From assembly GCA_044867525.1 (NCBI GenBank), contig JBIOVB010000016.1, positions 23,685-87,684 of the forward strand: a stretch of DNA of 64,000 bases, in the 5' to 3' direction. A program made the translations under genes and the position numbers. The DNA comes from Acidimicrobiia bacterium (GTDB lineage Bacteria > Actinomycetota > Acidimicrobiia > Spongiisociales > ZC4RG35). Below, piece after piece: positions 18,722 to 27,216 of this stretch. The notes under the pieces are model-generated. The model was not told where the DNA came from, did no database searches, and saw only the letters and a list, made by a program, of their open reading frames with translations. Position 1 is the first letter of the stretch. Each line of letters starts with the position of its first letter.

Positions 18722-19207
18722 TTGACCCGAATCGAGGAATCTTCACTGCCCGGCGTCGGGGTCAGGTACGAGTTCAACACAGAGGACGGCCGGCGCATCG
18801 GCGTGGTCCACCATCGGACCGGGCGGCGCGAGTTGTTTGTCTGTGAGCCTGACGACACCGACGCCGCGGTGGTCACCATGACCCTGACCGATGAGGACAG
18901 CCACGCCCTCTCCGAGGCCCTCGGCGGCTCCACGCTGGTCGCCAAGCTCAGCAACCTCCAGCAACAGGTCGAAGGTCTCAGCATCGACTGGCTGACGGTC
19001 GAGGAGAGCTCCCCGTTCGCCACAGGCACGATCGGCGATGCGCGGATCCGAACCCGATCGGGCGTCTCCGTGGTCGCTGTGATCAGGCGTGATGAGACCT
19101 TCCCCGCTCCCGGCCCCGAATTCGCCCTTCAGCCGGGAGACAAGCTGGTCGTAGTCGGTACACCGGAAGGCATAGAGAGCACACAAGAGATCCTGAGCAG
19201 CGGCTGA
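18722..19207 (+). CDS. Cation:proton antiporter regulatory subunit (KhtT/TrkA-C-like)
   Basis: 161 aa with the N-terminal PGVG..YEF motif and a C-terminal TrkA-C-like domain. It lies immediately upstream of a CPA2 antiporter, and an AGGAGA box precedes its TTG start. Confidence 0.7.
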   Translation: MTRIEESSLPGVGVRYEFNTEDGRRIGVVHHRTGRRELFVCEPDDTDAAVVTMTLTDEDSHALSEALGGSTLVAKLSNLQQQVEGLSIDWLTVEESSPFATGTIGDARIRTRSGVSVVAVIRRDETFPAPGPEFALQPGDKLVVVGTPEGIESTQEILSSG

Positions 19208-19210
19208 TCG

Positions 19211-20368
19211 ATGAGCGACAGCGCCCAATTGCTCCTGGAACTGGGCGCAATTGTCCTGGCCCTGGCGCTGATGGCACGGTTCGCGAGGCGGATCGGGATC
19301 ACCCCCATACCCCTCTACCTGCTCGCCGGGCTGGCGATTGGAGAGGGTGGCGTGGTTCCGGTGGTCACCTCGGAGGAGATCGTCGGGTTCGGTGCGGAGC
19401 TCGGTGTGATCTTCCTCCTCCTCCTGCTCGGTCTGGAGTATTCGGCGGGTGAGCTGGTCACCGGTCTGCGCTCGGTCGGTCGCGTCGGTCTCGCCGATCT
19501 GGCCCTCAACTTCACACCGGGGTTCCTGACCGGCATCGTCCTCGACCTAGGCCTTGTGGCATCGGTGTTCTTCGGGGCGGTGACCTACGTCTCCTCGACG
19601 GGGATCGTCGCCAAGCTCATCGAGGACCTGGGTTGGATAGGGAACCGGGAGACACCAACCGTCCTCTCCATCCTGGTCTTCGAGGATCTCGCCATGGCCC
19701 TGTTCCTCCCCATCCTCGGTGTCCTTGCCCTGGGAAGCGGGCCTGGAACCGCATTGGTGACCGTGGCGGTCGCGGTGGCTCTGGTGGTGGGGATCATCGC
19801 CGTGGCGGCGCGGGGGCAGGACCGTATCGGGTCAGTGTTGTTTCATGAGTCCGACGAGGTGAGCCTCCTCTCCCTGTTCGGCATCACCCTGCTCATCAGC
19901 GGGCTCGCCGAAGGGGTCAATGTGTCCGCTGCCGTCGGTGCTTTCCTGGTCGGGATCGGCGTATCCGGTGAGTCGGTGGATCGAGCTCGCGCCCTGCTCA
20001 CACCGCTCCGTGACCTCTTCGCTGCGATCTTCTTCGTCTTCTTCGGTCTACAGACCGATCCGGGCGACATCCCGGGCGTAGCGGTGGCCGCGGTCTCGGT
20101 CGCCATCGTGTCCGGGCTCACCAAGTTCGCCATCGGGTGGTGGGCAGCGCGGAGGGCCGGCATCGGGGTCAAGGGCCGGCGCAGGGCCGGGGCGCTTCTC
20201 ATCGCCAGAGGCGAGTTCTCGATCGTGATCGCCGGTCTGGCGGCCTCACTCGCGGGAGCCGGTGAGCTCACCGCACTGGCAGCCACCTATGTCCTGATCA
20301 TGGCGATCGCCGGCCCCATCGTCGCCAAGGTCGTCGACTCTGGCCGACGTCACGTCGTCGTCGCCTGA
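19211..20368 (+). CDS. Cation:proton antiporter (CPA2/Kef-type)
   Basis: 385-aa polytopic membrane protein. The N-terminus LLELGAIVLALALMARFARRIGITPIPLYLLAGLAIG is typical of Kef/KhtU-type antiporters. Confidence 0.8.
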   Translation: MSDSAQLLLELGAIVLALALMARFARRIGITPIPLYLLAGLAIGEGGVVPVVTSEEIVGFGAELGVIFLLLLLGLEYSAGELVTGLRSVGRVGLADLALNFTPGFLTGIVLDLGLVASVFFGAVTYVSSTGIVAKLIEDLGWIGNRETPTVLSILVFEDLAMALFLPILGVLALGSGPGTALVTVAVAVALVVGIIAVAARGQDRIGSVLFHESDEVSLLSLFGITLLISGLAEGVNVSAAVGAFLVGIGVSGESVDRARALLTPLRDLFAAIFFVFFGLQTDPGDIPGVAVAAVSVAIVSGLTKFAIGWWAARRAGIGVKGRRRAGALLIARGEFSIVIAGLAASLAGAGELTALAATYVLIMAIAGPIVAKVVDSGRRHVVVA

Positions 20369-20371
20369 TTC

Positions 20372-21403
20372 TCAGACTGCCGCCAGCCAGCCCATCGCAC
20401 CCCGCTCGGCGAGCCAGTGCTGATGCGGGTGGAACATGTAACGACCCAGGTGGGGAAGCGTGAATTCGACCATCGCACGCTGCGCCTGACCGAGCGTGAT
20501 GGTGTCATCCCTGAACACCGGATGCGCTCCCATTCCTGCGGGGTAGACGTCGAATGTCTCGGCGTGGAGGTGGAAGGAGGCAACCGGCTCGTGCTCGAGC
20601 ATGTTCACCAGATAGGCCCGGACCGGCTCCCCCACGGGCACCTTGATCGGGAAGGCGTCGTAGAAGCCGGCCACCCCGTTCCAGGCGACGATCCCGTTGC
20701 TCCCGATCTCCTCGTTGCCGAATCCGGAGAGCAACAGCGCCACCTCCAACGCCGGTCGCCGACCCTGGGGTGGATCGACGATGAGCATCCCGTACAACCC
20801 GCGGCCGATGTGCTCGCCGAACGGCGTGGTGTGGCAGTGGTAGGGATGCAGCCCTGCCGGTCCGGCCACCATCTCATAGGTGGCTTCGCCACCAGGAGCC
20901 ACCGGCTCCCAGCCGTCCTGTTCAGGGCGGTGAGCGCCGTGGAAATGGATGTTGTGGGCGTGACCAGTCCGGTTCTCGAAATGGACTCGCAGGGTGTCCC
21001 CCTCCGTTGCCCGAAGGATGGGGCCGGGAACAGTGCCGTTATAGGTCCAGGCCTCGAAGAACGTGCCCGCCCCGATCTCGAGGAGACGTTCCTCGGCAGA
21101 GATCTCGACCTCGCGCACCGTTCCTATCGGGAGCCCATCCGGCGGTGGCGGAAAGGTGTGGGCGTGGAGGGCCTCGGGTGCCAGGCCCGGTGGCGGGGTG
21201 TGGAGGTGGCCGTAGAGCGCGGGAGCTCCTCCTTCATGCATGCTGGAGCGCCCGATGGCCGCCGGGTTGTAGGCCTGATCTTCCCCCTCGGCCGCTGCGG
21301 CTCGATGCTGCACCGCGTGGCCCATGACCGAGCCGCCAAGGAGGAGAGCGCCCCCGAGCCCGGCCTTTTTCAGGAGCTCACGACGGGATACGAACTCAGG
21401 CAC
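20372..21403 (-). CDS. Tat-exported two-domain multicopper oxidase family protein
   Basis: Twin-arginine signal (SRRELLKKAGLGG). Four HXH-type copper motifs: HNIHFH, YHCH, HLH and HPHQH. A type-1 Cu-like C..H..M pattern (HCHTTPFGEHIGRGLYGM) sits in the first cupredoxin domain. The GTG start is 1 nt after the upstream stop. Confidence 0.75.
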   Translation of the reverse strand: MPEFVSRRELLKKAGLGGALLLGGSVMGHAVQHRAAAAEGEDQAYNPAAIGRSSMHEGGAPALYGHLHTPPPGLAPEALHAHTFPPPPDGLPIGTVREVEISAEERLLEIGAGTFFEAWTYNGTVPGPILRATEGDTLRVHFENRTGHAHNIHFHGAHRPEQDGWEPVAPGGEATYEMVAGPAGLHPYHCHTTPFGEHIGRGLYGMLIVDPPQGRRPALEVALLLSGFGNEEIGSNGIVAWNGVAGFYDAFPIKVPVGEPVRAYLVNMLEHEPVASFHLHAETFDVYPAGMGAHPVFRDDTITLGQAQRAMVEFTLPHLGRYMFHPHQHWLAERGAMGWLAAV

Positions 21404-21404
21404 G

Positions 21405-23054
21405 TCAGACGATGCCGCCTACGACCAAGCCCAGCCCGAGAAACAGGGCGTACACCGCCAAACCACCACCGATGAGAACCCAGCGCTGCCAGGCGGGGAT
21501 CGAGGTACGGGCGAACAGGTAGTAGGCGATGACTCCTAGGAACGGGATGACCAGGATGACGGCCATCCAGGCAATCACCCTGCCCCGGCCCAGGTCCTCG
21601 CGCTTGGTCAAGTCCCAGATCGCGATCACCACCCAGGAGGTGTAGAGGACCAGCGGCAGCACATAGGCATAGAGGCCGAAGAAGACCCCGGCTGCCGAGG
21701 CGAAGCTGACTCCCATCACATTGATTCCTTTCGTCTGGGTGACTTCCAAGCCGTCCGGCATCTCGGGCACTGCGATGGCCTCGATATCTGGTCGGGCATT
21801 CTCGAACACGTCGACTGCGGGGACCACCGGGGCGTCGGCGCCGCCGGGCATCGTTGGTTGCGGTCCTGGTTTGGGTACGGAGCCGATCGGGATCTCGGGC
21901 TGGAGCCCGACTCCGGACTCGAAGTAGCGCCCGAGTTGCGCGCTGGTGGACCCGAGCTCGAACAAGGCGGGCAACCTGAGCCCTTCACAGGGCTGCTTGA
22001 ACTCGAGCCCGGCGGGCAGCGAGGTCGTGTACTCGTTGTCCTCGAAGCAGTTACCCGAGCCCGACGGCCCCCCGAGTGTGATATCCGCAAGCCCGGAGCC
22101 CTCGACCACGTTGGACCTGACCTCATTTCCCTCAGACATCCAGAAGTTCTTGTCGAGGATGGGGAAGACCACGATTCCGCTCTGAGGATGATTGAAGACT
22201 CGGTTGTTGGTGACCAGCGCGTCGTTTCCGCCCGCGAGGAGAATCCCGTTCCCCTGTCCGGCCCATTCGAACGCCAACGCCGGGGCTTCGACATTTCCGT
22301 TGTCATGGACCAGGTTTCCGGCGATGGTCACGCCCTGGAAAGGCGGCAACAACTCGCCATCGAGCGTGTTGGGGACGATGCCGGCCACGTTGTGACGCCA
22401 CGTGGAGTCGACCAGGAAGAGGTCGTCGGAGGCATTCGTGCCCGAATAGCCGAGGCCGTTCCACTCGGCGATCGAGTCGGTGATCACTGCCTGACACGGC
22501 TTGCACTGACCGATGTAGAAGCCGGCATCGGGAGACCCCGACGCATAGGAGTGCTCGAAGAGGCCGTCGCTGGAGTCGAACGCGTAAATCCCGTACACCC
22601 CGTTGTCGACCGCGGTGACATACGAGCCCCGGTAGCCCCGCACCCCCGTGAAGAACAGGCCGTTGCCGGTCGCGTTGCGAACGGTCAGGTTCTCCACGGC
22701 GACGCCGTCGGCGAAGAACACCTTGACCCCGTTCTCCCGTTGCGACTCGCCGTCGATGATCACCTCGTTGCGGTCGACGCCGCGGATCACGAGGCCGGGC
22801 GTAGTCACCTCCACCTCTTCCCGGTAGATGCCGGCGTCGATCAGGACCAGGTCCCCGGCGTTTGCCGCGTCAACCGCGGCCTGGATCGTCGGGTAGTCCT
22901 GGGGCACGAGCCGGGTGTCGCCGCTTGCCTCCGCCGGGGCGTCGGTGGCCGGGTCGCCCACGCCCGACGGAGAGGGCTCCCCGACGGGAGGGCCGGCGCA
23001 TGCATTGAGCCCGAGTATCAGCCCACAAGCGACCAACCAACCCCGCGCCCTCAC
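21405..23054 (-). CDS. Lipoprotein with a NosD-like right-handed parallel beta-helix fused to a C-terminal PLDc_N-type membrane domain
   Basis: Start reset to GTG 23054 (GTGA overlap with the cupredoxin stop), which gives a lipobox signal (WLVACGLILGLNAC). Beta-helix repeats follow (TIQAAVDAANAGDLVLIDAGIYRE..., repeated N/G-rich rungs). The last roughly 100 aa are TM helices with WDLTKRE...WMAVILVIPFLGVIAYYLF, the hallmark of the PLDc_N domain. Confidence 0.7.
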   Translation of the reverse strand: MRARGWLVACGLILGLNACAGPPVGEPSPSGVGDPATDAPAEASGDTRLVPQDYPTIQAAVDAANAGDLVLIDAGIYREEVEVTTPGLVIRGVDRNEVIIDGESQRENGVKVFFADGVAVENLTVRNATGNGLFFTGVRGYRGSYVTAVDNGVYGIYAFDSSDGLFEHSYASGSPDAGFYIGQCKPCQAVITDSIAEWNGLGYSGTNASDDLFLVDSTWRHNVAGIVPNTLDGELLPPFQGVTIAGNLVHDNGNVEAPALAFEWAGQGNGILLAGGNDALVTNNRVFNHPQSGIVVFPILDKNFWMSEGNEVRSNVVEGSGLADITLGGPSGSGNCFEDNEYTTSLPAGLEFKQPCEGLRLPALFELGSTSAQLGRYFESGVGLQPEIPIGSVPKPGPQPTMPGGADAPVVPAVDVFENARPDIEAIAVPEMPDGLEVTQTKGINVMGVSFASAAGVFFGLYAYVLPLVLYTSWVVIAIWDLTKREDLGRGRVIAWMAVILVIPFLGVIAYYLFARTSIPAWQRWVLIGGGLAVYALFLGLGLVVGGIV

Positions 23055-23434
23055 CCGGAGGCTTCCCCCACGATGACCGTGCCCGCCATCCCATCGCCGT
23101 CGGCGTTCCCATGGAAGGTGCAGAAGAACGGGTACTCCCCGGGCGCCTCGAAGGCGATCTTGGCCTCGTCGCCCTCGAATTGCTCCAGGCTCCCGAAGAC
23201 GGGCTCGGTCGACCATGACTCATCGGCGGCCACCGCGTTGTGGGGATTGCGCCCGCCTCCGACGAAATTCACCGATCCCCCAACCGGGACGCGGATCTCG
23301 GTGTACTCGTAGCGATTGTCGAACATCCTCACCGTCACGTTGTCACCTTCGATCACCGCTGATTCCCCCCCACCGCTGCATGCCGCGACCGAGACAGCCA
23401 CGAGCAGGAGCAGACCCGCGAGCCGACCGATCAA
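23051..23434 (-). CDS. Cupredoxin (plastocyanin/amicyanin-like) lipoprotein
   Basis: Start set to TTG 23434 (TTGA overlap with the coxG stop), which gives a lipoprotein signal (LLLLVAVSVAAC). The type-1 Cu ligand pattern is PHNAV ... FFCTFHGNADGDGM. Confidence 0.75.
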   Translation of the reverse strand: MIGRLAGLLLLVAVSVAACSGGGESAVIEGDNVTVRMFDNRYEYTEIRVPVGGSVNFVGGGRNPHNAVAADESWSTEPVFGSLEQFEGDEAKIAFEAPGEYPFFCTFHGNADGDGMAGTVIVGEASG

Positions 23435-23988
23435 TGTGTGTCCTTGCTGAAGAGCCGCTTGAACCAGGCCCACAGCGAGGAGAAGAACAGCGAGATCCCA
23501 CGAACCTCGGCCGCCTTCACGGATTCGGCCTCGGCCTCGGTCGGGGCGGCGAGCTTGGCCTCGAGGCAGGAGACGAACTCGCCGATCAGCCGCTTCGACA
23601 TCTCATTGATGAGTCCGGTCCGCCCGAACTGGGCCGCCGGCCCGGACAGGGTGACATCGGCGTCGACCACCACCTTCGACCCGCTGCCTTCGGGTTTGAT
23701 GGTGTAGACCACCTTGACCTGGCCCCGGGACCCGCCCTTCCTGTCGACTCCTTTGCCGTCGATGGTGGCGCTCATCCCCGCCTGGTCGGGTATGACCACG
23801 CATTGGCCCTCGAAGGAAGCAGCCATCGGCCCCAGCTTCACCGAGAGGTTGCCCTCGTATGAGCCATCCTCATTCTGCCCGCTGAGGTTGGCCCCGGGCA
23901 GGCACTTGGCCACGGAGGGGACGTCCTGGAACAAGTCCCAGACGACGGTGGTCGGGCGCGCCACCACGAATTCCTGAGTGATGTTCAT
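23431..23988 (-). CDS. coxG: SRPBCC/CoxG-family protein
   Basis: The N-terminus MNITQEFVVARPTTVVWDLFQDVPSVAKCLPGA is the typical CoxG signature. The C-terminal tail is amphipathic and hydrophobic (ISLFFSSLWAWFKRLF). Confidence 0.75.
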   Translation of the reverse strand: MNITQEFVVARPTTVVWDLFQDVPSVAKCLPGANLSGQNEDGSYEGNLSVKLGPMAASFEGQCVVIPDQAGMSATIDGKGVDRKGGSRGQVKVVYTIKPEGSGSKVVVDADVTLSGPAAQFGRTGLINEMSKRLIGEFVSCLEAKLAAPTEAEAESVKAAEVRGISLFFSSLWAWFKRLFSKDTH

Positions 23989-23993
23989 GATCC

Positions 23994-24041
23994 TCCCGGG
24001 ATGTCTCCAGAGCCGGTGGGGAACGGTAGTGGATCCCGGGA
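23994..24041 (-). promoter_or_regulatory. Inverted repeat in the coxG leader (possible operator or RNA hairpin)
   Basis: TCCCGGGAT (23994-24002) and ATCCCGGGA (24033-24041) are perfect 9-nt reverse complements separated by 30 nt. They lie in the 62-nt gap between mog and coxG. Each arm contains a CCCGGG palindrome. Confidence 0.3.
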
Positions 24042-24050
24042 TTCTTCCGG

Positions 24051-24536
24051 TTACCGGTGCTCGGTATCCCCCGCGAGCAGGTCGAGGGCATGCGGGATCA
24101 CCTCGAGCACCGCCTCCAGGCTCTCCACCGCCCCCCGCGCCGAACCCGGCAGGTTGATCACCAGTGTCGATCCGATGGACCCGGCGACCCCCCGGGACAG
24201 CGCCGCCATCGGCGTCGACTCGAGACCACGGGCCATGATCAGATGTGTCAGGCCCGGGGCCTCTCGCTCGATGAGACCCACGGTGGCCTCCGGGGTCACA
24301 TCCCGCGGCCCGAGCCCGGTACCCCCCGTGGTCACGATGAGACGAGCCCGGGCCAGCGCGGCCCGGATCGCCGTGGAGATCGCCGGGATCTCGTCGGGGA
24401 CCACTGCCCTCTCGATTTCGAAGCCGGCCCCGATCAGCACGGCCTCGACAGCATCGCCGGAAAGATCCTGGCGGGTGCCTGAGCTCACCCCGTCGCTCAC
24501 TGTCAGGACCAACGCAGGCCGGCCGGTTAGCCCCAC
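24051..24536 (-). CDS. mog: Molybdenum cofactor biosynthesis protein, MogA/MoaB family
   Basis: 161 aa with TVSDG and TTGGTGLGPRD motifs and INLPGS. It overlaps the upstream membrane-protein gene by 10 nt. Confidence 0.85.
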   Translation of the reverse strand: MGLTGRPALVLTVSDGVSSGTRQDLSGDAVEAVLIGAGFEIERAVVPDEIPAISTAIRAALARARLIVTTGGTGLGPRDVTPEATVGLIEREAPGLTHLIMARGLESTPMAALSRGVAGSIGSTLVINLPGSARGAVESLEAVLEVIPHALDLLAGDTEHR

Positions 24537-25369
24537 TGGACGGGGTTCACCGAGACTCCGCCCCTGAGGACGAAGATCTCGAAGAGGAGGATCACCAGGA
24601 GGCTGGCCCCGAGACCCCAGGGTGCCGGGGTCTCACGGAAATCCTCGGGGCCCTGGACCGTGGTTGTGCCCGGAGCTGCTGCCACCGTTCCGAGGAAGAT
24701 GACCGCGGAGAGTGGCAATGCGGGGATCACCCCGCTCCCGGCGTCCGGGGCGAAGAACGGGATGGCGAGGAAGACCGAGATCGCCGCCGGCACGAGGGTG
24801 ATCCAAAGGGCGAAGGTGAAGCGCTTCCTGCTGTTGTTGATCAATTTGTGGTGTGGAGTGAATGCGAGAAAAGCCGACGCCGCAGAGAGCACAATGAGCA
24901 ACAGGCCGACCGCCCCCCCGGCGGCAATCACGTATTCCAGCCCGGCAGGGGCGTCGAGGGTGGCATAAGCCCGCGCCAGCTGTCCCTCGGGATCGAAGGG
25001 CAGGAACACTGCCTGCCCGAACGCCTGTGCCAGCACGTGGAGCAGCATCCAGAGCAGGGTGAGCTTGGCTGTTCCCTGGTCCCGGGCGGTCGGATAGGCG
25101 AAAAGGAGCATGAAACCGACGATCAGGCAGAGCAGGAATCCCCCAGCCCAGGCCAGACCCGACGCACCGGTCAATTCGACGCGGTTGTTGTAGATGACCG
25201 CGTTCCCACCCAGGATCAGGGCAAGGACGCCGTCGCCCAGGTCGTCGAGGAATTGGGCGATGACGATTCCGAGTGTCGAGCCGAGGACCGAAGCGACCAC
25301 CAACGTCGGACCGATCCGCTTGATCGCGTCCGTCGCCGATGACTGCTGGGTCGTAACCTCACTAGTCAC
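24527..25369 (-). CDS. Hypothetical polytopic membrane protein
   Basis: 280 aa with about seven hydrophobic segments. I recognise no family. Confidence 0.55.
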   Translation of the reverse strand: MTSEVTTQQSSATDAIKRIGPTLVVASVLGSTLGIVIAQFLDDLGDGVLALILGGNAVIYNNRVELTGASGLAWAGGFLLCLIVGFMLLFAYPTARDQGTAKLTLLWMLLHVLAQAFGQAVFLPFDPEGQLARAYATLDAPAGLEYVIAAGGAVGLLLIVLSAASAFLAFTPHHKLINNSRKRFTFALWITLVPAAISVFLAIPFFAPDAGSGVIPALPLSAVIFLGTVAAAPGTTTVQGPEDFRETPAPWGLGASLLVILLFEIFVLRGGVSVNPVQWG

Positions 25370-25441
25370 GGAGGGTGATGCTAAACGCCAGGTCGCCGCT
25401 GACTAGTGCTTCCGTGTCAGAACGGAAATCTTCCCCGTCAC

Positions 25442-25699
25442 TCAAGGCTTCCCTGCGACCAGGGTACCGATCGCCCAGAGCAGGAAGATGCCGATGGAGC
25501 CGAGCAGCACCGGGCCGGTGCGCCTCCAATTGAGGCCAGACCAGATTCCGACACCGATGACGATCATGACCATGGTCGCCGTCCACCAGGGTGGGGCGAG
25601 TCCGGCAACGGCGGCGCCGATCACCAGGATCATGACTACCAGCAGGAAGCCGGCGGCGACCAGGGCGTATAGAACCTGACGGGGCGAGGGCTCGGTCAC
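25442..25699 (-). CDS. Hypothetical small membrane protein
   Basis: Start reset to GTG 25699 (GTGA overlap with the mug stop). This gives 85 aa with three hydrophobic helices. Confidence 0.45.
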   Translation of the reverse strand: MTEPSPRQVLYALVAAGFLLVVMILVIGAAVAGLAPPWWTATMVMIVIGVGIWSGLNWRRTGPVLLGSIGIFLLWAIGTLVAGKP

Positions 25700-26265
25700 A
25701 ACACCAACACCCCCGAAGCCACACCGACCAGGCGAAACCACCCGGCAAGGGTTTCCGTCGTCTCATGGGCATTGAGGCCGGAAGGATTGGGCAGCACCCA
25801 CACGTCGGCACCGCCGATCCCGACTGCCTGAAGGCCGAGGACCGCATCCGGGCTCTGGAAGGCGCTGCGATAGGCCGTTACGCCGAGAACTGCCACCACC
25901 TGGGGCCGATGTTCCGCCACGGTCGAGTCCAGGCGGGCGGCACCCGCCCTCAACTCGCCGGGGCTCAGTTCGGAGGCCCTGGCAGTCGCCCTGGCCACGA
26001 GGTTGGTGATCCCGATGCCATGCTCGATCAGTCGCCTGCGATCGGCATCGGTCATCCCGGTCGCGAAGTCGAATTCGAGGTCGATGAGCCCCGACGCCCG
26101 GAGCGCCGGGTAGAACCGATTCGAGGGATGGCAGAAATGAGTCTGGGTTGCCGCAGTCCACAATCCGGGGTTGATTCCGACTATCAGCAAGCGAAGCCCC
26201 GGGCCCACCAGGTCGGGCACCGTTTCGCCGCGGAACGCCTCGAGTTGCTCCCTGGTCAATCCCAC
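25696..26265 (-). CDS. mug: G/U mismatch-specific DNA glycosylase
   Basis: LLIVGINPGLWTAA..HFCHPSNRFYPAL matches the Mug/TDG GINPG motif region. PNPSGLN lies near the C-terminus. Confidence 0.85.
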   Translation of the reverse strand: MGLTREQLEAFRGETVPDLVGPGLRLLIVGINPGLWTAATQTHFCHPSNRFYPALRASGLIDLEFDFATGMTDADRRRLIEHGIGITNLVARATARASELSPGELRAGAARLDSTVAEHRPQVVAVLGVTAYRSAFQSPDAVLGLQAVGIGGADVWVLPNPSGLNAHETTETLAGWFRLVGVASGVLVL

Positions 26266-26274
26266 CTTCCAAGA

Positions 26275-27195
26275 TCACCGCGCCGGGAGCCAAGGTGGGA
26301 GGGGGGCATCGATCCGGGCCAAAGTGGATGGCACGTCGCCGAACCAGTTCTCATCGTGTGCCTGCCACGCCCGCCAGGCCTCGGTGATCTCCTCCTTGGT
26401 CCGGGCGACGAAGTTCCACCACATCTCGATTGGCTCTCCCAGCGGCTCGCCGCCGAGGAGAAGGAATCGGGAGCCATGCCGGGAGATGACAGGCAGAGAG
26501 GGCCACCCTTGGGGAATGAGCGCCAGCCAGCCGGGCTCGACGATGTCCTCTCCGACGCGGACCGGGTGGTCGAGTGGCACGACGGCATATTCGAACTCGG
26601 GCTCTGTCGGTAGCTCGACACTCCCGGCCCCCATCGAGACATCGGCGCCGACCATTCGCCAGTCGACGGTGGCTTGGGATTCGACGTCGCCGAGAGCGCC
26701 CACCATCACGATCGCGTCGGCCCCGGAGAGCTCGGCGACCGGCAGCTCCGCCAGGTGTTGAAATCGGGAGGCCCCGTGCCGAGTTCCCTCCGGTTGTGCG
26801 AGCCACATCTGGGCTCCCTGGATCCTGGTTCTGGTGCCCAGCTCGGCATGGGCAATCCCCCTGCCCGCGGTCATCAGGTTGAGCTGACCGGGGCGGATCG
26901 GCTGCTCCGACCCCAGTGAATCGGTGTGCACCGCCTCACCCTCGAGCAACCAGGTGACAGTGGCCAGGCCGGTGTGGGGATGGGGCCCGATCTCGAGCGG
27001 GTGCGGGTCGTCGAAGTCAGGCGGCTGGATCAAGTCGACGAAGCACCACGGCCCGACGGTCCTCCTCCCCTTGGTGGGGAGCACCCGCTGAATTCCGACC
27101 CCGCCCACGGTGGTGGCCCGTCCCTCGATGACGACGATCCCGGCCAGTGGGCCCTGCGTACCTCCGACATCGGGAAGCTGGACCGGTCCACTCAT
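26275..27195 (-). CDS. Pirin family protein
   Basis: A cupin metal motif (GPHPHTGLATVTWLLEG) and a bicupin length of 306 aa. Confidence 0.85.
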   Translation of the reverse strand: MSGPVQLPDVGGTQGPLAGIVVIEGRATTVGGVGIQRVLPTKGRRTVGPWCFVDLIQPPDFDDPHPLEIGPHPHTGLATVTWLLEGEAVHTDSLGSEQPIRPGQLNLMTAGRGIAHAELGTRTRIQGAQMWLAQPEGTRHGASRFQHLAELPVAELSGADAIVMVGALGDVESQATVDWRMVGADVSMGAGSVELPTEPEFEYAVVPLDHPVRVGEDIVEPGWLALIPQGWPSLPVISRHGSRFLLLGGEPLGEPIEMWWNFVARTKEEITEAWRAWQAHDENWFGDVPSTLARIDAPLPPWLPAR

Positions 27196-27216
27196 TCGCC
27201 CTCCCCTGGGACGGGG

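Noticed and set aside
20372-21403. Calling the Tat-exported copper protein a NirK nitrite reductase.
   Set aside because: It has HCH and three further HXH motifs, which suggests a trinuclear cluster and a laccase-like two-domain multicopper oxidase. The NirK pattern would be H-C-A with an Asp/His catalytic pair. This cannot be decided without an alignment, so only the family-level call is made.
23055-23216. N-terminal extensions in the ORF track for several genes: 21405-23216, 29812-31596, 41436-42911, 44595-45755, 61129-63177, 27389-29065, 17865-18659 and 35402-37249.
   Set aside because: The extensions are Arg/Gly-rich, overlap upstream genes, and precede obvious signal peptides or conserved N-termini. 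Internal starts are supported by ATGA/GTGA/TTGA coupling, Shine-Dalgarno boxes or TANNNT hexamers.
20417-23312. Plus-strand ORFs 20417-21475 (352 aa) and 21858-23312 (484 aa), opposite the multicopper oxidase and beta-helix genes.
   Set aside because: The minus-strand frames have copper-ligand motifs, signal peptides and beta-helix repeats. The plus frames have none and are Arg/Gly/Asp-rich.
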